Shown: positions 17,272-25,214 of the stretch, one piece after another
Numbering within the stretch: position 1 is the first letter of the stretch
Layout of the letters: every line of letters begins with the position of its first letter
Assembly (NCBI GenBank): GCA_041496385.1
Contig: JBGQEL010000038.1
Location: 1 to 35,434, forward strand
DNA: 35,434 nt
Source: Candidatus Methylomirabilia bacterium
GTDB taxonomy: Bacteria; Methylomirabilota; Methylomirabilia; Rokubacteriales; CSP1-6
Direction of reading: 5' to 3'
Position numbers and translations under genes: made by a program
The notes under the pieces: generated by a model
The model's input: only the letters and a program-made list of their open reading frames with translations
Told to the model about the DNA's origin: nothing
Database searches by the model: none

Positions 17272-19563
17272 GTGGCCCAGCAAGAGTCGGTACTCGTCCT
17301 GCAAGAGCGGCTGGCGTATGAGCAGCGCCTCGTCCAGCTCGTCGATCGCATCCACTCCGCCAAGACCCTCGACTCGATCTTCATCGAGCTCCAGGGGGAG
17401 ATCCTCGGGCTGATCGACGCCGACCGGATGACCCTCTACGCCGTGGACCAGGACCGGAAGGAGATCTACTCCAAGCTCCTGGCCATCGACACGGTCAGGG
17501 AGATCCGGGTCCCGATCAGCGAGCGGTCCATCGCCGGCTTCGTGGCGGCGACCGGCAAGGTCGTCAACCTCGCCGACGCCTACGACAAGGCCGAGCTCGC
17601 CCGGATCTCGCCGGCGCTCAACTTCGACAGTTCCTGGGACAAGCGCACCGGTTTCCGGACGATGCAGATCCTGGCGATGCCGATCCTGCACGAGAACAAG
17701 ACCATCGGGGTCGTCCAGCTCCTCAACAAGAAGAAGGGGCCCCGGTTCACGAAGGACGACGAGGTCGGCGTCGCGCGGATCGCCAAGACGCTCGGCATCG
17801 CCTTCAACAACCAGCAGCAGCTGATCCAGAGCCAGAACCGGCCGAAGACCAAGTTCGACTACCTGCTGGGCCAGCACCGGGTCACCCAGGAGGAGCTGAA
17901 CTCGGCCATCGCGGAGTCGCGCCGGCGGCAGACGGACGTCGAGTCGATCCTGATCGAGCAGTACAAGGTGCCGAAGGCCGAGCTCGGCATCTCGCTCAGC
18001 CAGTTCTATCGCTGCCCGTTCGTCGACTTCGACGACAAGGTCATCCCGCCGCCGGACCTCATGAAGGATCTGAAGCTGGAGTACCTGAAGCGCAACTTCT
18101 GGCTGCCGATCCGGCGCGAGGACGACGGCATCGTCGTTCTCATCGACAATCCGCAAGATCTGCAGCGGGTGGACAGCATCGCCCAGGCGCTCAAGAACCG
18201 CAAGATCAAGTGGGCGGTCGGGCTGCGCAAGGACATCATGCTCTACCTCGGCGCCGCCAGCGGCGAGTCGCTGTCGCGGGACTCGATCGGCACCATCCTC
18301 GGCGACCTGTCGGCCGAGACGCCGCTCGAGGCCGAGGCCGCGCTGGGCGAGATGGACGAGAACGACAGCGCCGTCATCCGGCTCGCCAACCAGATCGTCG
18401 TCGACGCGTACAAGGCGCGCGCCTCGGACATCCACATCGAGCCCTACGGCGTGCAGAAGGACACCGTCATCCGGTACCGTGTCGACGGGACCTGCTCCGA
18501 GTATCAGAAGATCCCCGGCGCGTACCGCCGCGCGATCGTGGCGCGGCTCAAGATCATGGCGCAGCTCGACATCGCCGAGCGGCGCAAGCCGCAGGACGGC
18601 AAGATCAAGTTCAAGGTGAGCGACGGACGCGAGATCGAGCTGCGCGTCGCCACGATCCCGACCGCGAACCAGAACGAAGACGTGGTCATGCGCATCCTCT
18701 CGGCGAGCGAGCCGATGCAGCTCCACCAGCTCAACATGTCGGACCGCAACATCACCGAGCTGAAGCGGATCGCCGAGAAGCCGTACGGCCTGATCCTCTG
18801 CGTCGGACCGACGGGATCCGGCAAGACGACGACGCTGCACTCGATCCTCGGCCACATCAACAAGCCCGAGCGGAAGATCTGGACCGCGGAGGATCCGGTC
18901 GAGATCACGCAGTACGGTCTCCGCCAGGTCCAGGTGATGCCGAAGATCGGCTTCACGTTCGCCCAGGCGATGCGCGCGTTTCTCCGCGCCGACCCCGACG
19001 TCATCATGGTCGGTGAGATGCGCGACGAGGAGACGGCCTCCACCGGCATCGAGGCCTCGCTTACCGGCCACCTGGTCTTCAGCACGCTCCACACGAACAG
19101 CTCGACGGAGACGGTCGTCCGGCTGCTCGACATGGGGCTGGACCCGTTCAACTTCGCCGACGCGCTCCTGGGCGTCCTCGCCCAGCGCCTCGTCAAGCGC
19201 ATCTGCCAGGAGTGCCGGACCGAGTACCATCCCGAGCGCGCGGAGTTCGACGAGCTCGCGGAGGCGTACGGGCGCCCCGCGTTCGAGCAGCTCGGCTACA
19301 AGTACGACGAATCGTTCGTGCTCCACAAGGGCAAGGGCTGCGCGAACTGCGCCAAGACCGGCTACCGCGGCCGCCTGGCGATCCACGAGCTCCTCATCGC
19401 GACCGACGAGATGAAGCGGCTCATCCAGTCCCGGGCGCGGGTCATGGAGATGCTGGCGCTCGCCCGGTCCGAGGGAATGACGTCGCTCGTCCAGGACGGC
19501 GTGATCAAGTCGCTCCAGGGCAGCACGGACTTCCGCCAGGTCAAGGCCGTCGCGATCAAGTAG
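17272..19563 (+). CDS. GAF-domain-fused GspE/PilB-family secretion/pilus ATPase (alternative start 17251)
   Basis: N-terminal GAF (SIAGFVA..G..VNLADAY, D..TGFRT, GVVQLLNK); ASDIHIEP, GPTGSGKTTTL, AEDPVE, DPDVIMVGEMRD, STLHTN; CQEC/CANC Zn motif. Extended -10 TGCTACACT at 17219-17227. Confidence 0.9.
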   Translation: MAQQESVLVLQERLAYEQRLVQLVDRIHSAKTLDSIFIELQGEILGLIDADRMTLYAVDQDRKEIYSKLLAIDTVREIRVPISERSIAGFVAATGKVVNLADAYDKAELARISPALNFDSSWDKRTGFRTMQILAMPILHENKTIGVVQLLNKKKGPRFTKDDEVGVARIAKTLGIAFNNQQQLIQSQNRPKTKFDYLLGQHRVTQEELNSAIAESRRRQTDVESILIEQYKVPKAELGISLSQFYRCPFVDFDDKVIPPPDLMKDLKLEYLKRNFWLPIRREDDGIVVLIDNPQDLQRVDSIAQALKNRKIKWAVGLRKDIMLYLGAASGESLSRDSIGTILGDLSAETPLEAEAALGEMDENDSAVIRLANQIVVDAYKARASDIHIEPYGVQKDTVIRYRVDGTCSEYQKIPGAYRRAIVARLKIMAQLDIAERRKPQDGKIKFKVSDGREIELRVATIPTANQNEDVVMRILSASEPMQLHQLNMSDRNITELKRIAEKPYGLILCVGPTGSGKTTTLHSILGHINKPERKIWTAEDPVEITQYGLRQVQVMPKIGFTFAQAMRAFLRADPDVIMVGEMRDEETASTGIEASLTGHLVFSTLHTNSSTETVVRLLDMGLDPFNFADALLGVLAQRLVKRICQECRTEYHPERAEFDELAEAYGRPAFEQLGYKYDESFVLHKGKGCANCAKTGYRGRLAIHELLIATDEMKRLIQSRARVMEMLALARSEGMTSLVQDGVIKSLQGSTDFRQVKAVAIK

Positions 19564-19647
19564 CTCCGAGGGTCCGGGCGGGTAGGGCTCCGCCGCTCGG
19601 AACGACACTCGCACGGAGCCCTACCCGCCCGGACCCTCAGAGCTACT
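19559..19647. repeat. 34-bp inverted repeat (1 mismatch, 21-nt loop) between convergent genes; bidirectional terminator or REP-like
   Basis: AGTAGCTCCGAGGGTCCGGGCGGGTAGGGCTCCG (19559-19592) versus 19614-19647; no U-tract. Confidence 0.85.
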
Positions 19648-20833
19648 CGCGCTCGACCTTCACATCCTTGAACGTGGCGTAGAGCAGGACGTCGTAGACG
19701 ATCTTCAGGCCGCCGCCGACGACGAAGGGCGCGGCCAGGGCGACGGCCTGCATGACCCAGCCCGTGAGCGCCGGCGTCAACGCCTGCGCCACGGTGCGCG
19801 CGAGGTTCGTCGTGGCCGCCGCCGCCTCCCGCTCGTGATCCGCGACGATCGCCATCACGTAGGCCTGCCGTGTCGGGACGTCCATCTGCGAGAGCAGGTG
19901 GCGCGCGAAGAGCAGACCGACCGCGACTGCCGCCGAGGGCGCCACCGCGATCGCCATCAGTACGACGTTCGACACGAGATGCGAGACGACCATCGTCGCG
20001 AGGAGGCCGAAGCGCCGCACCGCGCGTGGCGCGAGCAGGAGCGAGGCGGCGGTGAGCACCTGCGTGACGCCGAACACCCAGCCGAGGGCTTCGAGGCCGA
20101 GCCCGTAGCGCTCGTGCAGGTAGTAGGCGACGAGCGACTGGAGCACGAAGCCGCCCGCGAACGAATCGAGCGCGAAGAGGGCGGCGAGCCGCCGGATGAG
20201 GGGCGCCGAGGGTAGCCGGCGCCCGTCGGCGCGGGGGCGGGTGACCGGCGCGCCCCCACCGAGGCGCGTGTAGGCCAGGCACTGGACGACCGCCCCGACG
20301 AGGAAGATGGCGAAGAGCCGCCCGGGCCTGAGCGCGCCGGCGAGCGCGGCGCCGGCCGCGGCAGCGGCGTAGCCGGCGAGGTTGTAAGCACTCAGCAGGC
20401 TCGTCCGGCGCGCGGGTGCCGAGGCGCGCGCGATGAGAACCTGCTCGAGCGTGAGGAACGGACCTGTCTCGCCGGTGCCGACCGCGAGGTTGCCGAGCAT
20501 CGCCGCGAGGACGACGAGTCGGGGGTCGCTGGAGGTCAGCAGGAGCAGCGCTGCCGCGGCCGAGAGCGCGCCCAGCCCGACCAGCACGACCCTGGCGCCG
20601 TAGCGCTCCGCGGGCCGCCGGATCGCCCAGGTGAGGGTGGCACTTCCGGCGAGGGTGAGGGAGACTGCCGCGCCCACGCCCGCCGTGCCCACGCCGAGGT
20701 CGCTCAGGTAGACCGGGAAGAGGACGCCGAGGAAGCCGTAGCAGAAGGTCCGCGCCGACTTTGCCGCGAAGACCGCGACGACGTCGCCCTGAATTACCGC
20801 GCGGTTGCCGCGGTCAGACGGGATGTGAGTCAC
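19643..20833 (-). CDS. MFS transporter (start uncertain)
   Basis: Many hydrophobic segments, AERYGARVVL loop motif, LFALDSFAGG, SQMDVPTRQAY. Confidence 0.85.
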   Translation of the reverse strand: MTHIPSDRGNRAVIQGDVVAVFAAKSARTFCYGFLGVLFPVYLSDLGVGTAGVGAAVSLTLAGSATLTWAIRRPAERYGARVVLVGLGALSAAAALLLLTSSDPRLVVLAAMLGNLAVGTGETGPFLTLEQVLIARASAPARRTSLLSAYNLAGYAAAAAGAALAGALRPGRLFAIFLVGAVVQCLAYTRLGGGAPVTRPRADGRRLPSAPLIRRLAALFALDSFAGGFVLQSLVAYYLHERYGLGLEALGWVFGVTQVLTAASLLLAPRAVRRFGLLATMVVSHLVSNVVLMAIAVAPSAAVAVGLLFARHLLSQMDVPTRQAYVMAIVADHEREAAAATTNLARTVAQALTPALTGWVMQAVALAAPFVVGGGLKIVYDVLLYATFKDVKVERE

Positions 20834-20846
20834 CGACTGATGGGGC

Positions 20847-20875
20847 TTGACAATACATCGTCACGTGTTTAGTAT
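20847..20875 (+). promoter_or_regulatory. Near-consensus sigma70 promoter
   Basis: TTGACA-N17-TAGTAT, then GGAGG (20885-20889) and ATG 20896. Confidence 0.8.
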
Positions 20876-20895
20876 TTCATAGGTGGAGGTGTCTG

Positions 20896-21186
20896 ATGAA
20901 CCCCGTGGAGCGTGTTCTCTATCAGGAGCTCACCCAGCTGCTCGACCGGGTTGCCGCCTCGGTGCCGGACGGCGGCCTCGAACAGATCCGGGCCGACAGT
21001 CCCACGCTGAAGGCGCGGCTCGACGACGCGGAAGCGAATCTGGCGCAGGTGCGGGAGTCGCTGCTCGAGGGATACGGCCGGTGGCGGCGCGCCCTCGAGG
21101 ACGTCGAGAATCTCTGGGCACTCGGTGCCTGGCGCTCAGCCACGGCCGAAGAGCCGGCCGAGCAGACCACGGCGCTCGCCGCCTGA
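20896..21186 (+). CDS. Hypothetical helical / coiled-coil protein, 96 aa
   Basis: Strong promoter and ribosome-binding site; natural amphipathic composition. Confidence 0.75.
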   Translation: MNPVERVLYQELTQLLDRVAASVPDGGLEQIRADSPTLKARLDDAEANLAQVRESLLEGYGRWRRALEDVENLWALGAWRSATAEEPAEQTTALAA

Positions 21187-21552
21187 CCCGACCCGCTCGG
21201 CGGCGTACGCCAGGCGCGCGGCGTCGAAGCGCTGCCAGTAGTCCGGCAGCTCGCGGGCGAGCGCGACCTGGACGGCGAGCAGACGCGTCGTCTCGTCGCC
21301 GGCCGCGCCGCCGGCGGCCTCGACTCTGCGTCGCTGCTCGTGTGGGAGATCGGCCGCCAGCGCGGCGAGCTGCTCGAGGAAGGCGCGGACCTGGCCGGTG
21401 AACTCGTCGAGATCCGTCCGGCTGTCGGCCACGGGCGCCGGAAGGCCGAGGGCGCGCCGGCGCTGCACCATCGTGTCGAGGCAGACGAAGTCCACGGCCT
21501 CCTCGAGCCGCTCACGCAACCCGCCGTCGATTCGTGACGCGAGCGGTTCCAT
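21136..21552 (-). CDS. Hypothetical helical protein, 138 aa, with C-terminal amphipathic tail (RRGLLGRLFGRG)
   Basis: MEPLASRIDGGLRERLEEAVDFVCLD... has protein-like composition; TATAGT lies 9 nt before the ATG. Confidence 0.7.
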   Translation of the reverse strand: MEPLASRIDGGLRERLEEAVDFVCLDTMVQRRRALGLPAPVADSRTDLDEFTGQVRAFLEQLAALAADLPHEQRRRVEAAGGAAGDETTRLLAVQVALARELPDYWQRFDAARLAYAAERVGSGGERRGLLGRLFGRG

Positions 21553-21588
21553 CGCGGTCTCACTATATAGCAATGCTAAGATCGTGAC
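21553..21588. promoter_or_regulatory. Compact bidirectional promoter for two (near-)leaderless genes
   Basis: Plus strand TG-C-TAAGAT (21574-21582) is 6 nt before GTG 21589; minus strand TATAGT (21567-21562) is 9 nt before ATG 21552. Confidence 0.6.
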
Positions 21589-24228
21589 GTGGTAGCTCGC
21601 GTCCTCTGCGCGACGTGGCTCGTCGGCCTCGCGCTTTCCGCCTCCGCCGCCGCGCAGCCGCCCGACTTCACGGCCGTCGACGAGGCGGCGAGCGACGCGG
21701 TCGTCTCCGGCGATCTGCCGGGCGTCGTGGTGCTCGTCGGGCGTGGCGACGAGATTCTCCTCCACCGCGCCTACGGCTCGCGCCGGGTCGTGCCCGATCG
21801 GGCCCCGATGACGACCGACACGATCTTCGACATCGCCTCGCTCACGAAGCCCGCCGGCACGACGCTCGCCATCCTCTCGCTCGTCGAGCGGGGCGCCGTC
21901 GCGCTCGAGGCTCCGCTCGGCCAGTACCTGAAGGAATTCCGCGGACCCGCCTTCAAGGAGGTCACCATCCGGAGAATGCTCACGCACAGCGCGGGCTTCC
22001 CCGGGTACCCGGCGAACGGCATCGTCACCACCGGCTTTCCGGCCGCCGCCGCGGCGCTCGCGAAGGTCCCGCTGGACTACCCGCCCGGCTCGGCGTTCCA
22101 GTACAGCGACACGGGCTTCATCCTGCTCGGCGAGGTGGTCCGCCGGGTGAGCGGCGACCCGCTCGACCGCTATCTCGACCGCGTCTTCTTCCGCCCCCTG
22201 GGCGTGCGCGACACAGGCTTCCATCCGCGCGCGGCCGTGCGCGGTCGCGTTGCGCCGACGGAGTTCGCCAACGGCCACATGCTGCAGGGCGAGGTCCACG
22301 ATCCGCGCGCGCGCCTGCTCGGGGGCGTGGCCGGCCACGCGGGAATGTTCTCGACGGCGTCCGACCTGGCGCGGATCTGCCGGATGCTTCTGAACGACGG
22401 GACGCTCGGTGGCCACCGCTTCCTCAAGCCGGCCACGGTGCGCCTGATGTGGGAGCCGGCGCCGGACGGCCGGGGAACCCGCACGCTCGGCTGGGATCTC
22501 TCGTCGCCGTTCTCGCGCACGATGGCGCTGTTCTTTCCGATTGGCTCAGTCGGCCACACGGGCTTCACGGGCACCTCGATCTGGATCGATCCGCCGAGCC
22601 GGACGTACATGATCCTCCTGACGAACCGCGTCCACCCGAACGGCGGGGGTGCCGCGCGGATCCGCGAGCTGCGGGTCCGCGTCGCGGCCGCCGTCGGCGC
22701 GGCCCTCTTCCCGATGACGCTCACGCCGGCGTCGCTCTCCTCCGACTCGACCGCCGCCGACCCGCCCGCGACCGAGGCGCCCCCCGCAACCGACGCGCCC
22801 CCGGCGAGCTCGTCAGTCGTCGCGCCGCCCGCCACTGCCGCGCCCGCGACCGACGCGCCTCCGGCGAGCCCATCTGTCGCCGACCCGCCCGCGCCGGCCG
22901 CCGAATCGGCGGCCGCTCCGCCCGCTGCGCCTGCACCGGTCGCTGAGCCGCCGAAGGGCGATGCGCCCACGGCGTCGGCGCCCATCGCCACGCCGCCCGC
23001 CCCCGTCGTCCCCGCGCCGCCCGCGCCCGCCGGCAGCTCGCCCGTTACCGCGCCGCGCGCGCCGGAGCCGTCGCCGCCCGCCACGCGACGCGCGCGCGTG
23101 CGGACCGGCCTCGACGTCGTGCGGGACCAGAACTTCGCGACGTTCGCCGCGCACGCCGTCGGGCTCGTCACCAACCAGACGGGCGTGGACGGCGACGGGC
23201 GCCGCGCGATCGACCTGTTCGCCTCCGCCCCCGGCGTCCGACTCCAGGCGATCTTCTCGCCCGAGCACGGCATCACGGGCGAGGCGAATGCGGACGTGCC
23301 GCACGGCCGCGACGCCGCGACGGGCCGCCCGATCTGGAGCCTGTACGGCCCGACGCGCCGGCCGACGCGCGAGATGCTGAAGGGCGTCTCGCTCCTGGTG
23401 TTCGACATCCAGGACGTCGGCGTCCGCTACTACACCTACCTCACCACGCTCGTGTTCGTCATGGAAGAGGCGGCGCGCCTGAACCTCCCCGTCGTGGTGC
23501 TCGACCGGCCAAACCCGATCACGGGCCGCGTGGTCGAGGGGCCGCTGATGGACGCGGATCTCCAGTCGTTCACGGCGCCGCACACGATCCCGGTCCGCAC
23601 GGGGATGACGATCGGCGAGTTCGCGCGGATGGCCGCCGCCGAGCGGAAGATCCCCGTCGCGCTCACCGTGGTGCCGCTCGAGGGCTGGGATCGCTCCCGC
23701 TGGCACGACGAGACGGGCCTGCCCTGGGTCAACCCGTCGCCGAACATCCGCTCCGTCACGCAGGCGCTGCTCTACTCCGGCGTCGGGCTGCTCGAGGCGA
23801 CGAACCTCTCGGTCGGGCGGGGAACTGACATGCCGTTCGAGGTCGTCGGGGCGCCCTGGGTCGAGCCGCTGGGGCTCGCCGAGGCGCTGAACCGGCTCGG
23901 GCTGCCGGGGGTGAGGTTTGAACCGGCGTGGTTCACGCCGGCCGCCGCCGCCGACCGGTACGCGCGCGTCCAGTGCGGCGGCGTGCGGCTCCTGGTGACG
24001 GACCGCGACGCGATCCGGCCGGTGACGGCGGCGCTCGCGCTCGCGCGCGAGCTACGCGCGCGTCACCGGGACCAGTTCAGGCCCGAGAACATCCAGAACC
24101 TCCTGGTGAACCGGTCCACGATGTGGGCCTTCCTGAGGGGCGAGATCCTCGAACGGCTGGTGACCTGGGCCGAGACCGACCGGAGCAACTTCTTGTACCG
24201 GCGCGCGTCATATCTCATCTACCGGTAG
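21589..24228 (+). CDS. Secreted fusion: beta-lactamase-family serine hydrolase (AmiE-like), Pro/Ala linker, DUF1343/NamZ exo-beta-N-acetylmuramidase
   Basis: Signal peptide; FDIASLTK (SxxK), YSD, GHTGFTG; then GLVTNQTG, FSPEHG, FDIQDVGVRYYTY, VLDRPNP, PSPNI. Confidence 0.88.
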   Translation: MVARVLCATWLVGLALSASAAAQPPDFTAVDEAASDAVVSGDLPGVVVLVGRGDEILLHRAYGSRRVVPDRAPMTTDTIFDIASLTKPAGTTLAILSLVERGAVALEAPLGQYLKEFRGPAFKEVTIRRMLTHSAGFPGYPANGIVTTGFPAAAAALAKVPLDYPPGSAFQYSDTGFILLGEVVRRVSGDPLDRYLDRVFFRPLGVRDTGFHPRAAVRGRVAPTEFANGHMLQGEVHDPRARLLGGVAGHAGMFSTASDLARICRMLLNDGTLGGHRFLKPATVRLMWEPAPDGRGTRTLGWDLSSPFSRTMALFFPIGSVGHTGFTGTSIWIDPPSRTYMILLTNRVHPNGGGAARIRELRVRVAAAVGAALFPMTLTPASLSSDSTAADPPATEAPPATDAPPASSSVVAPPATAAPATDAPPASPSVADPPAPAAESAAAPPAAPAPVAEPPKGDAPTASAPIATPPAPVVPAPPAPAGSSPVTAPRAPEPSPPATRRARVRTGLDVVRDQNFATFAAHAVGLVTNQTGVDGDGRRAIDLFASAPGVRLQAIFSPEHGITGEANADVPHGRDAATGRPIWSLYGPTRRPTREMLKGVSLLVFDIQDVGVRYYTYLTTLVFVMEEAARLNLPVVVLDRPNPITGRVVEGPLMDADLQSFTAPHTIPVRTGMTIGEFARMAAAERKIPVALTVVPLEGWDRSRWHDETGLPWVNPSPNIRSVTQALLYSGVGLLEATNLSVGRGTDMPFEVVGAPWVEPLGLAEALNRLGLPGVRFEPAWFTPAAAADRYARVQCGGVRLLVTDRDAIRPVTAALALARELRARHRDQFRPENIQNLLVNRSTMWAFLRGEILERLVTWAETDRSNFLYRRASYLIYR
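22756..22893 (+). repeat. Degenerate duplication of about 60 bp in the Pro/Ala linker
   Basis: PPATEAPPATDAPPASSSV / PPATAAPATDAPPASPSV; ACCGACGCGCC(C/T)CCGGCGAGC occurs twice. Confidence 0.7.
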
Positions 24229-24245
24229 CCCTCCCGGAATTCCGT

Positions 24246-25214
24246 TCAGCGGCTGGCGGTGCGCTCCACGATGCGGACGTTCTTGAGGTTCGTGCGGAGC
24301 CGCCCCTTGAGCGCGGCGGGCACGGTGATCACGCCCGGGTCGCCGTCACTCACGAACCGCTCCTCGGCGTGCTGCTCGAAGTGAGCCAGCCAGTGCCGGA
24401 GCTCGCTCTCGAGCGCCTGGACGCGCGGCAGTCGCAGGGGGTCGAACGTGCTCGCGAAGGGCGACGGCGCCGCGCCGCCCGCGACCTGCAGGATGGCGTC
24501 GTGATGATAGCTCACGCCCTTCGCCGAGCCGCTCACCGCCCAGCTCAGCTCGCGCGGATAGACGCCGTGGGGGAGCGCGAGCGCGCGGGGCCGGTAGTCG
24601 GGCACGTAGCGCTGGATCCACTGCTGGGCGCCGGCGAGCTGCGCGCGCACGGTCGGCTCGTCGTACTTGCCGAGGTTCGCGTGCCAGAGCGTGTGGTTGC
24701 CGATCTCGTATCCGCGGCTCACGAGGTACTGGAGCTTGCGCGCGACATGCTCGGGCTGGTTGAAGAGCCGGTTCGGCGGGTCGGCCGCGGGAAGCACGAA
24801 GAACGTCGCGGCCCGGCCGAAGTCCGGATGCTCGCGCGCGAAGGCTTCGAGGATGCCCACGGCGGACTTGGGGTCGATCTCGAGCGCACCGTTCCGCTCG
24901 ACGTAGCGGAACTGGCCGGGCGAGGAGTCGTCGAAGGTGAGGACCACGGGCGTCGTGCCCGCCGGCAGCGCGATGCGGCCGTCGAGGAGGTCGCCGAGCG
25001 CGACGAGGCGGTAGCCGCGGGCGTGGAGGGTCTCCAGATCGCGCCGGAAGTTCTCCGGCGTGCGCGTCCAGCGCTCCTCGGGGTAGTCGATCTTGTGGTA
25101 CTCGAGGATCAGCACGCGCCCGAGCTCGTTCGATGCGAGCTCGCCCGCCACGGCGAACGAGGCGAGCAGGAGCGCGGCGGTCAGGATGAGGGCGGCGACG
25201 AGCAGGATCCTCAT
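24246..25214 (-). CDS. Secreted polysaccharide deacetylase family (CE4/NodB-like) protein
   Basis: Signal peptide MRILLVAALIL; ILEYH, VVLTFDDS, ATFFV, EIGNHTLWH, ALPHG; ATGA overlap with the upstream gene. Confidence 0.85.
   Translation of the reverse strand: MRILLVAALILTAALLLASFAVAGELASNELGRVLILEYHKIDYPEERWTRTPENFRRDLETLHARGYRLVALGDLLDGRIALPAGTTPVVLTFDDSSPGQFRYVERNGALEIDPKSAVGILEAFAREHPDFGRAATFFVLPAADPPNRLFNQPEHVARKLQYLVSRGYEIGNHTLWHANLGKYDEPTVRAQLAGAQQWIQRYVPDYRPRALALPHGVYPRELSWAVSGSAKGVSYHHDAILQVAGGAAPSPFASTFDPLRLPRVQALESELRHWLAHFEQHAEERFVSDGDPGVITVPAALKGRLRTNLKNVRIVERTASR

Noticed and set aside
21589..22700. Antibiotic-resistance beta-lactamase
   Set aside because: An SxxK family fold fused to NamZ points to a peptidoglycan-recycling hydrolase; nothing supports a resistance role.
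22740..23090. CRISPR-like or mobile repeat array
   Set aside because: The repeats are degenerate, in-frame and encode a Pro/Ala linker; there are no constant repeats with unique spacers and no cas genes.
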